32,000 nucleotides of DNA from Candidatus Saccharimonadota bacterium (lineage in GTDB: Bacteria; Patescibacteriota; Microgenomatia; UBA1406; GWC2-37-13): positions 510,001 through 542,000 of the forward strand of contig CP066689.1 of the NCBI GenBank assembly GCA_016432445.1. The letters run 5' to 3'. Positions 1 through 6,466 of this stretch are shown here, in pieces (the first letter of the stretch is position 1; each line of letters starts with the position of its first letter). The translations under genes and the position numbers were made by a program. Under the pieces are notes generated by a model. It was given only the letters and a program-made list of their open reading frames with translations, had not been told where the DNA came from and searched no databases.

Positions 1-273
1 ATCGGGACGCTCAACTCTCGTACTCAAGTTAAGGTCAGTCTATCACTTTTCCACCCAGCCTATTTTGAGCATGACGTGGAAGTCAGCGCGAACGGAATTG
101 CATACATTAAGCCAAGTTGGCAGGGTGAGATTGTCTACGAGATGTCGGTGGCAGAAGATGCTGCTTTACCACCATTTCCTCGTATACCGATTGAGGATCT
201 TGTTCAAGGGGAACAGATTAAGTATCTGCGCAACACCGATGACGTAATAAGACGGGAAAAAGATACCGGGTAA
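1..273 (+). CDS. 3' end of an unidentified protein-coding gene, open at the window edge (about 90 C-terminal aa)
   Basis: Frame 1 is open from nt 1 to TAA at 271-273 (my translation IGTLNSRTQVKVSLSLFHPAYFEHDVEV...VIRREKDTG). The track ORF 76..273 is only its GTG-initiated tail. The region is GC-richer than the rest of the window. No family recognised. Confidence 0.4.
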   Translation: MGTLNSRTQVKVSLSLFHPAYFEHDVEVSANGIAYIKPSWQGEIVYEMSVAEDAALPPFPRIPIEDLVQGEQIKYLRNTDDVIRREKDTG

Positions 274-316
274 GAGTTGCCGACAATCTAATATTAAGTG
301 AAAGGAGGTGATGAAA

Positions 317-787
317 ATGGCGCACTTGGATATTCAAGAGGGCGATACACTGATCATCAAAGTGCGGCAAGAGGGCGATCAGCGTTTTGTATTCGAAGGG
401 ATACTGAGAAAGGAAAGAGCTTTTGGTTTTGGGCTGAGAACAGAGACTCAGCTTGAAGCAGGCTTGACACTCTTGGTAGTGATTGAACTGCTTGATGATC
501 CAGTAGGATCTGGTGATCATGAGTATGCAACAGTCACGAAAAGAAAGGCTTATGTGCCAAGCCGCCGCAAACCATGCTGGCTAGGCAGCCTGGTTATACC
601 GCTCTTCAAACGCACCTACCAAGTTCCGGCTCTGATCAAAATGTTCCGCATTCAGGAAGAACTCCTTACGGAAGAATTCCTTCGCCGTGTGGAAGAAAGT
701 GGAAGCGTGGACGAAGTAAAGTATCCGATGATATGGAATGTGTATTTTGAGCGGGCTAGTTCACGAGTGAAATCGGCAGAGGTATAG
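317..787 (+). CDS. hypothetical protein (about 156 aa) in GC-rich islet 1
   Basis: Track ORF 308..787. A strong SD AAAGGAGG lies at 301-308, and ATG 317 is 8 nt after GGAGG (GTG 308 and ATG 311 are too close). A hairpin plus T8 terminator follows. No motif recognised. Confidence 0.5.
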   Translation: MAHLDIQEGDTLIIKVRQEGDQRFVFEGILRKERAFGFGLRTETQLEAGLTLLVVIELLDDPVGSGDHEYATVTKRKAYVPSRRKPCWLGSLVIPLFKRTYQVPALIKMFRIQEELLTEEFLRRVEESGSVDEVKYPMIWNVYFERASSRVKSAEV

Positions 788-822
788 CCGACAAGTTAGC
801 GGAGGCGAGCAAAAACATAGGC

Positions 823-883
823 GCCGGGGGTGATGGTATGAGTTGACATTCAACTCAAACATTATCCTCCGGCCATTTTTTTT
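823..883 (+). terminator. rho-independent terminator-like long imperfect hairpin plus T8
   Basis: GCCGGGGGTGATGGTATGAGTTGA / CAT loop / TCAACTCAAACATTATCCTCCGGC, with several mismatches and bulges, followed by CA and eight T (876-883). It lies 36 nt after the stop of ORF 317..787. Confidence 0.55.
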
Positions 884-887
884 GTTA

Positions 888-985
888 AAAACACCTCCCC
901 CCTTCGGGGTACTCCTCTTACAAAGAGGAGAAGTTAAATCCCCTCTTGCAAGAGGGGTGGCCAGCTCAGCTGGCCGGGGTGTTTT
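888..985. repeat. closed multi-hairpin palindromic element (four GC-rich hairpins inside one closing stem); probable bidirectional terminator or REP-like cluster
   Basis: Closing stem AAAACACC (888-895) pairs with GGTGTTTT (978-985). Inside it: CCCC-TTC-GGGG (899-909), CTCCTCTT-ACA-AAGAGGAG (912-930), CCCCTCTTGCAAGAGGGG (940-957) and GGCCAGC-TCA-GCTGGCC (959-975). Hairpins 2 and 3 are near-duplicates. The element overlaps the metG stop codon (984-986). Confidence 0.6.
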
Positions 986-2450
986 ATATTCTAGGAAATA
1001 AGGGCGGGGATTTTTTTATTTTTCCTTGAGTAGATTGCATTATTTTTTCCGCGGTTTCGGGTAAAAATATCTGAAGCCAATATGTTCTTTTTCTAATTTC
1101 TTTCAAGTAGCGTCGCAAGTAAGGCATAATTTGATCTTTTTCTAGATTCCAAGGTTCATCTCTGTTGATTTCACCGTTTATTGATTTAAAATCTCTCCAT
1201 AATTCTTCTAAGGCAAGATTAAATTCGAATCGATTAAGATGATCAATAAATCCTCCAGTATTAAGAGTTGCAGGTAAAGAGGTATCTTCTTTTTCTGGTA
1301 AAAAGGTTACTTCATTTTGTTCACAAAGATTCGTAACTCGTGATATTAAGTTTCCCAAAACATTGGCTAAATCAGAATTATAAACTTCTTCCATGCGCCG
1401 GTAAGAGAAATCTCCATCATCAAACGGGGGAATTTCTTTTAATAAAAAATACCGGACTGCATCAGTTCTATATTTCCTAACCAGATCAACAGGATTAATT
1501 ACATTACCAAGACTTTTACTGATTTTCTGACCATCGGAAGTTACAAATCCATGAATAATTATTTGTTTTGATGTCGGCAGACCGGCTGACATAAGCATCG
1601 CCTGCCACATAGCTGACTGCTGTCGCAGATTATCTTTTCCGGCAATTTGAATTGCATTAGGGTTTTTGTGTGAACCCCACCATTGATCAAATTCATTAGG
1701 TTTACCCGGCGAAGCTTTAGCGGAGTCGGGCCAACCAAGCGTTGATATGTAATTAACTAAAGCATCAAACCAAACGTACATAACATGTTCAGGGTCTCCA
1801 GGTACATTTACTCCCCAAGGCATCTTACTTTTAAGTCTTGAAATACTAAAATCTTCAAGTCCATTCTCAACAAAATTTTTTATCTCTTTCAACCTAAAAT
1901 CTGGTACTACAAATTGTGGATTTTTTTCATAAAGTTCCAATAGCTTTTGCTGATATTTTGAAAAACGGAAAAAATAATTTTCTTCTTCAATAATCTCAAG
2001 TTTTAAATTAGGATGAAGCGGACAGCAGTCGTTAACGAGTTCTGAATCAGTCTTTTCCAGCTCACAGCCGACACAATATTTTATTTTATAATTCTTCTTA
2101 TATATATCGCCATTCTTATCGCATCTTTGCCAAAATTCCTGAGCCGCTGCAACATGATGTTTATCAGTGGTCCGGATAAAATGAGTGTAACTTAGATTAA
2201 GGGCGGATTTAAGTTCGTTGAACTTGGCAGCATATTCATCACAGTATGCTTGAGTATCTTTTCCTTCCTTTAGGGCGGCTTGATATATTTTTTGTCCGTG
2301 TTCATCAGTACCCGTATTAAAAACTACATCGGCTCCTTGGAGTTTCCAATAACGGGCAATGGTATCGGCTTGGACAATTTCCAATGCAAAGCCAATATGA
2401 GGATCAGCATTGACGTAAGGTAAAGTGGTGGTGATGTATTTTTTTGACAT
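984..2450 (-). CDS. metG: methionine--tRNA ligase (MetRS), short form
   Basis: 488 aa. Class I aaRS signatures: HIGH-type PHIGF near the N-terminus, KMSKS-type KISKS, a Cys-rich knuckle (CVGC...CCPLH), and an overall MetRS-like sequence (TTLPYVNADPHIGFALE..., WGVNVPGD). Confidence 0.95.
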   Translation of the reverse strand: MSKKYITTTLPYVNADPHIGFALEIVQADTIARYWKLQGADVVFNTGTDEHGQKIYQAALKEGKDTQAYCDEYAAKFNELKSALNLSYTHFIRTTDKHHVAAAQEFWQRCDKNGDIYKKNYKIKYCVGCELEKTDSELVNDCCPLHPNLKLEIIEEENYFFRFSKYQQKLLELYEKNPQFVVPDFRLKEIKNFVENGLEDFSISRLKSKMPWGVNVPGDPEHVMYVWFDALVNYISTLGWPDSAKASPGKPNEFDQWWGSHKNPNAIQIAGKDNLRQQSAMWQAMLMSAGLPTSKQIIIHGFVTSDGQKISKSLGNVINPVDLVRKYRTDAVRYFLLKEIPPFDDGDFSYRRMEEVYNSDLANVLGNLISRVTNLCEQNEVTFLPEKEDTSLPATLNTGGFIDHLNRFEFNLALEELWRDFKSINGEINRDEPWNLEKDQIMPYLRRYLKEIRKRTYWLQIFLPETAEKIMQSTQGKIKKSPPLFPRI

Positions 2451-2475
2451 TAGAAATTTGGATTTTAGATTTTAG
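2451..2475 (-). repeat. heptamer-phased AAAATCT/AAAATCC/AAATTTC spacer directly 5' of the metG ATG
   Basis: The minus strand reads CTAAAATCTAAAATCCAAATTTCTA-ATG. It contains AAAATCCAAAT..TTC, resembling the dcw-cluster repeat core with one unit missing. It fills the entire gap between the upstream ORF stop and the metG start. Confidence 0.4.
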
Positions 2476-2783
2476 CGCTTCATCAAGATAATAACTCCTA
2501 TTATAAACGATATCAGGAGAACTGTGGTTAGCAGTTGAAAGCCGATAAGATAATTAATAGTAAGAAAAACAAACAGAGAAACGGAAACAAGCAAGATATA
2601 TTTTCTTTTAAGAAAAAAAGAATTTAAAAGAGATATGATCAAAGAAAACAAAATAATGGCAGTAAATATTATACCGACGTTTGAGGGAGGGATTATAAAA
2701 ATAAGAGTGATTAATCCTAAAAAAAGTGAAATTAAAGCGGCGATTTTTAATGTTTTTGGATTAATTTTATTTACTTTTCTCAT
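2472..2783 (-). CDS. small integral membrane protein (about 103 aa, 3 predicted TM helices)
   Basis: Track ORF 2472..2870 trimmed to the internal ATG at 2783 (MRKVNKINPKTLKIAALISLF...). The longer version would run through the rpsO promoter and start. Strongly hydrophobic segments. Lies upstream of and is probably co-transcribed with metG. Confidence 0.55.
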   Translation of the reverse strand: MRKVNKINPKTLKIAALISLFLGLITLIFIIPPSNVGIIFTAIILFSLIISLLNSFFLKRKYILLVSVSLFVFLTINYLIGFQLLTTVLLISFIIGVIILMKR

Positions 2784-2793
2784 ATAAAAACTC

Positions 2794-2822
2794 TTGAAAG
2801 TAAGAGCTTTATCCATTATAAT
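2794..2822 (+). promoter_or_regulatory. sigma70-type promoter of rpsO-pnp; leaderless geometry
   Basis: TTGAAA (2794-2799), 17-nt spacer, consensus TATAAT (2817-2822), then 7 nt to ATG 2830. The predicted transcription start coincides with the start codon. Confidence 0.55.
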
Positions 2823-2829
2823 GGCAGTT

Positions 2830-3099
2830 ATGGTTAAAATTCCAGATGATAAACATGAGCTTATCGCCAAGTTCTCCCAAAAAAAAGGAGATACTGGTTC
2901 ACCGGAGGTACAAGTAGCCCTTCTTTCTCAAAAAATAACCAGACTAACCTCTCATTTGGAGGAAAATAAAAAAGACAATCATTCCCGCCGAGGTTTACTT
3001 AAAGTAATTGCCAAAAGAAGAAGAATTCTCAATTACCTTAAAAAACTAGACGAGAAACGTTATAAAGTATTAATAGGAAAACTCAACTTAAAGAAATAA
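2830..3099 (+). CDS. rpsO: 30S ribosomal protein S15
   Basis: GDTGSPEVQVALLSQKITRLTSHLEENKKDNHSRRGLLKVIAKRRRILNYL is a classic S15 sequence. Starting at ATG 2830 gives the canonical 89 aa. The track start 2794 lies inside the promoter. Confidence 0.9.
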   Translation: MVKIPDDKHELIAKFSQKKGDTGSPEVQVALLSQKITRLTSHLEENKKDNHSRRGLLKVIAKRRRILNYLKKLDEKRYKVLIGKLNLKK

Positions 3100-3110
3100 T
3101 CCTCTCACAA

Positions 3111-5201
3111 ATGAAAATAATAGAAGAATCAATAGAGATAAGCGGACAAAAGCTAACCCTTCAGTTCGGAAAATTAGCTCAATCTGCAACATCTTCGGTT
3201 TTTGCCAGGTTAGGTGATACTTCAGTATTAGTTACTGTTACTGCCGGAAAAAACCGCACTGATATTGATTATTTTCCGCTTCAGGTTGAGTATGCTGAAA
3301 AACTATACGCCGGCGGACGGATCAAAGGATCAAGATGGGTTAAGCGTGAAGGCCGCCCCTCAGACGATGCCGTTTTAAAAGGCAGACTTATTGATAGATC
3401 AATTAGACCCTTATTTCCTAAAACTTATAAAAGAGAAGTTCAAATTATTATCACTTTGCTTTCGGTTGACGGAGTCAATTCTCCAGATATTTTAGCGGCT
3501 ATTGCTGTTTCATCTGCTCTTCACGTTTCACCTATTCCATGGGATGGTCCAATAAGCACAGTAAGAGTCGGTTATGTGAAAGGTGAAGAGGGTAAGGGTG
3601 AGTTTATGGTTAATCCAAGTGAAGAAGATGAAAGATATTCGGCTCTTGACTTGGTTGTTTCCTCAACTCGAGAAGATAAAATTATCATGATTGAGACTGG
3701 AGCCGAAGAGTTGGGAGAAGACGTTCTTTTGGAAGGTATGAAGATGGCTAAGAGAGAAAACAGCAAAATAATTAAATTTATTGAAGGGTTAAGAGAAAAA
3801 ATAGGCGTTGAAAAAGAAGTAGCTCCGGCAAGCGATATGGATGAAAAACTTGTCAACATTCTTAAAAAAGACTTTAAAAAACAAATTGATGAGTTAATTA
3901 AACAAACGGCTGCCAAAGAGTTTGAAGATAAAGGTGCAGTTGATGCAGTTGTGAGTCAAGTATACGAATTTACGAAAGAAGAATACGATAAAAAGACGAT
4001 TGCCAGTGTTTTGGACGCTGTTACAAAAAAAACAATAAGAGAAAGAATCTTAGAAACTAGAAAAAGAGTTGATGGTCGGAAAGAAGATGAAGTAAGACCT
4101 ATCTCAGTTGAAGTTGGTGTTTTGCCCCGTATCCACGGCTCAGCCATTTTTCAGCGTGGTGATACTCAGGTTTTATCAATTGCAACCCTTGGCGCTCCAA
4201 ATCTGGAACAGCTCATCGAAAGTCCAGGCGGAATTGCAAGCGAAAGATATATTCATCACTATTACATGCCTCCTTATTCAGTTGGAGAGGCTGGAAGAAT
4301 AGGATTTGTTTCACGACGCGAAATTGGTCACGGGGCTTTAGCTGAAAAGGCAGTTCAGCCAGTACTTCCAACCCAAAAAGAATTTCCTTACACAATTAGA
4401 GTCGTATCTGAGGTTTTAGCCTCCAATGGCTCAACTTCTATGGCGTCAACCTGCGCTTCAATCTTATCGCTCATGGATGCTGGAGTGCCTATAAAAACTC
4501 CTATTGCCGGTATTGCCATGGGTTTGTTAAGTAAATCTGATGATGATTATATGATCTTGACAGACATTATGGGTATTGAGGACTTTTCAGGAGAGATGGA
4601 TTTTAAAGTTACCGGTTCAACAATTGGCATTACAGCAATTCAACTCGATGTCAAAAATAAAGGGTTAACCGACAAGATGATTGAAGAAATTTTAGAAAGA
4701 GCAAAAAATGCCAGATTGTTTATTCTTGGCAAGATGAATGCTATTCTTTCCAAACCTAGAAAAGATGTCTCTGAGTTTGCGCCAAGAGTGGTAGTTCTTT
4801 ATCCTCCAGCCGACAAAATCGGCGAGATCATAGGGCCGGGAGGACGAAACATTAGAGCTCTTATTGCTAAAACTGAAACCGAGATCAATGTTGATGATGA
4901 CGGAAAAGTAACCATTACAGGGCTTGATAAAGATAAAGTCCAGATGGCAAAAGAATCAATTGAAAATATTACCCGCGAAGTAAAACCAGGTGAAACATTT
5001 GAGGGTGAAGTAAAAAGAATTTTACCATTTGGAGCTTTTGTAGAGTTTTTGCCTGGTAAAGAGGGAATGGTTCATGTTTCTAAGATGGGTAAAGGATTTG
5101 TAAAAAGCCCAGAAGAAGTTGTAAAAATTGGACAAAAAGTAAAAGTTGAAGTCATTCAAATTGACGCCCAAGGCCGCATAAACTTAAGACTGCTTAACTA
5201 A
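3111..5201 (+). CDS. pnp: polyribonucleotide nucleotidyltransferase (PNPase)
   Basis: 696 aa. Two RNase PH-like halves, a KH motif (GPGGRNIRAL) and a C-terminal S1 domain (GEVKRILPFGAFVEFLPGKEGMVHVS). Conserved rpsO-pnp synteny. Confidence 0.97.
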   Translation: MKIIEESIEISGQKLTLQFGKLAQSATSSVFARLGDTSVLVTVTAGKNRTDIDYFPLQVEYAEKLYAGGRIKGSRWVKREGRPSDDAVLKGRLIDRSIRPLFPKTYKREVQIIITLLSVDGVNSPDILAAIAVSSALHVSPIPWDGPISTVRVGYVKGEEGKGEFMVNPSEEDERYSALDLVVSSTREDKIIMIETGAEELGEDVLLEGMKMAKRENSKIIKFIEGLREKIGVEKEVAPASDMDEKLVNILKKDFKKQIDELIKQTAAKEFEDKGAVDAVVSQVYEFTKEEYDKKTIASVLDAVTKKTIRERILETRKRVDGRKEDEVRPISVEVGVLPRIHGSAIFQRGDTQVLSIATLGAPNLEQLIESPGGIASERYIHHYYMPPYSVGEAGRIGFVSRREIGHGALAEKAVQPVLPTQKEFPYTIRVVSEVLASNGSTSMASTCASILSLMDAGVPIKTPIAGIAMGLLSKSDDDYMILTDIMGIEDFSGEMDFKVTGSTIGITAIQLDVKNKGLTDKMIEEILERAKNARLFILGKMNAILSKPRKDVSEFAPRVVVLYPPADKIGEIIGPGGRNIRALIAKTETEINVDDDGKVTITGLDKDKVQMAKESIENITREVKPGETFEGEVKRILPFGAFVEFLPGKEGMVHVSKMGKGFVKSPEEVVKIGQKVKVEVIQIDAQGRINLRLLN

Positions 5202-5302
5202 ATCTTCTTTAATAAATTGATTTAATCAAAGTCCCATAATATAATAGTCAAACCACCTATTAAGGTGAGATTTTTGGCCAAAAGCCAAGGAGGATGGTTA
5301 CA

Positions 5303-5668
5303 ATGCACCCTCACAAGAGAATTTACAAGATCCAATGGAGGCGTGGACGCATCCAACTTAGTCTTAACCAAGACAGGCGAGTGGCACTAATCCTAGTTAA
5401 GTGTAGTTCGAGTGAAGAAGCTTGCGTCGGAATGGCGATAATGACTCTTCCTTTGCCCGTTGAGAATAAGGGACATCAGGGGTATCAGATAAGGCTCGAT
5501 TTTGCGATGCCTCAACACCATCCCTGGCGTTTACTTAGGGCATGGAAACATTTTCTTGAGGAAGCTCTGGCTAAAGAGCAAGAAAGGCAACAGGCTTTTC
5601 GCCTAGAACTGCTGCGGCAGGTAGAGAAGTCCAGGGTAAAGCCAGGACAAGTACTAGCAATTGTCTAG
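5303..5668 (+). CDS. hypothetical protein (about 121 aa) in GC-rich islet 2
   Basis: Track ORF 5294..5668. The GGAGG core (5289-5293) of the AAGGAGG SD ends 9 nt before ATG 5303 (ATG 5294 abuts the SD). No family recognised. Coding status is uncertain; a structured RNA is an alternative. Confidence 0.35.
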   Translation: MHPHKRIYKIQWRRGRIQLSLNQDRRVALILVKCSSSEEACVGMAIMTLPLPVENKGHQGYQIRLDFAMPQHHPWRLLRAWKHFLEEALAKEQERQQAFRLELLRQVEKSRVKPGQVLAIV

Positions 5669-5739
5669 AGCTTTTCTTGGCACTATGCCGCGTTGGTAAT
5701 CGGTACCAAAGCGATCAAATGTTGCGACGCGGTGCGTTC

Positions 5740-5850
5740 GGGGAAGAAGAACTGGTAAATGTTCAAGATGTCGTCCTCGGCTGATTTTCAGCCGGGAACA
5801 CGACGTTTTGACCGTCACCTTTTCACTTCTTCCCCGATTCCTTTTTTTTT
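5740..5850 (+). terminator. compound hairpin plus T9 (terminator-like structured 3' region)
   Basis: GGGGAAGAAG (5740-5749) pairs with CTTCTTCCCC (5826-5835). Enclosed are GTCGT..CGGCTGA-TTT-TCAGCCG..ACGAC (5770-5804). A T9 run follows at 5842-5850. Confidence 0.5.
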
Positions 5851-5959
5851 CTTCAAATAAAATTCTTAAATTTGTTGTTTATAGTCTATTGTAGAAATAA
5901 ATCTCCGTTAGCAAAATAAATTTGTGTATCAGAGATCAAATACAAGGAAATTAAATAGA

Positions 5960-6424
5960 ATGAAAGGTTTTAGTTACTCAAGTAATGGATATTATTTTGT
6001 GACAATTTGTACGCAAGAAAGGAATGAATGGTTTGGAGATGCTATTAATGGGAAAATGGTTTTAAATAGATATGGGGAAACTGTAAAAAAACAATGGTTA
6101 TGGTTGGAAAAACAATTTAAATATGTGTATTTAGATGAATGGATTATTATGCCAGATCATTTTCATGGAATTATTATGATTAATGATTTAAAATCGGTAG
6201 GGACAGGTCGCGACCTGTCCCTACAAATGAAACATAAAATAAAATCATTATCGGAGTTAATGGGTGTTTTTAAAACAACCTCATCAAAATTAATTCATAA
6301 AACAGGTTTAAATGGGTTTCATTGGCAACGTTCCTTTTACGATCACATCATCCGTAATGAAATTGAATTAAATGAAATCAGACAATACATACGTTCAAAC
6401 CCTTCAAATTATGATAATGATTAG
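5960..6424 (+). CDS. IS200/IS605-type Y1 HUH transposase-like protein (REP-associated tyrosine transposase-like, COG1943-type)
   Basis: YFVTICTQERNEWFG N-terminal strand, HUH motif MPDHFHGIIMI, and C-terminal WQRSFYDHIIRNE with the catalytic-type Tyr. ATG 5960 is preferred over the track GTG 5924. No tnpB partner and no obvious element ends were seen. Confidence 0.8.
   Translation: MKGFSYSSNGYYFVTICTQERNEWFGDAINGKMVLNRYGETVKKQWLWLEKQFKYVYLDEWIIMPDHFHGIIMINDLKSVGTGRDLSLQMKHKIKSLSELMGVFKTTSSKLIHKTGLNGFHWQRSFYDHIIRNEIELNEIRQYIRSNPSNYDND
6197..6224. repeat. 28-bp perfect GC-rich palindrome embedded in frame in the transposase-like gene
   Basis: GTAGGGACAGGTCG|CGACCTGTCCCTAC, verified base by base. 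It encodes VGTGRDLSLQ between the HUH motif and the Tyr motif. Confidence 0.95.
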
Positions 6425-6428
6425 GTGA

Positions 6429-6457
6429 TTGATTTTGTTATGGTTCTCCACTAAAAT
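6429..6457 (+). promoter_or_regulatory. candidate ftsK promoter, near-leaderless
   Basis: TTGATT (6429-6434), 17-nt spacer, TAAAAT (6452-6457), then 9 nt to ATG 6467. No SD. Confidence 0.4.
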
Positions 6458-6466
6458 TAATGGAAT

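Noticed and set aside
65-520. ORFs 65..247 (+) and 218..520 (-) in GC-rich islet 1
   Set aside because: They overlap the longer frame-1 ORF (open from nt 1) and the SD-led ORF 317..787. They have no RBS or promoter context. GC-richer DNA yields longer spurious ORFs.
2784-2870. Longer version of the membrane-protein ORF (start 2870), overlapping rpsO by about 40-77 nt depending on which rpsO start is used
   Set aside because: It would overlap the rpsO promoter and coding start on the opposite strand. The internal ATG 2783 precedes a typical positively charged N-terminus followed by a TM helix.
3572-4395. Track ORFs on the opposite strand or in alternative frames inside pnp (3572..3916 -, 3956..4147 -, 4108..4302 +, 4213..4395 -)
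   Set aside because: They lie entirely within the strongly supported PNPase gene. They have low-complexity Ser/Leu/Ile-rich translations typical of shadow ORFs in AT-rich DNA, and no start-signal context.
5202-5275. Short hairpin CACCT-ATTA-AGGTG plus T5 (5254-5275) after pnp as a terminator, and TATAAT at 5240-5245 as a promoter for the islet ORF
   Set aside because: The stem is only 5 bp and the T-run is short, so the evidence is too weak to report as features.
1-5850. GC-rich islets considered as rRNA fragments, tmRNA, RNase P RNA or a tRNA cluster
   Set aside because: I could not find the hallmark sequences: tmRNA GGGG...tag-ORF...CCA end, the RNase P GAGGAAAGUCC box, or tRNA T-loop GTTCRANYC with cloverleaf spacing. 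An unknown structured RNA remains possible and is listed as a finding.
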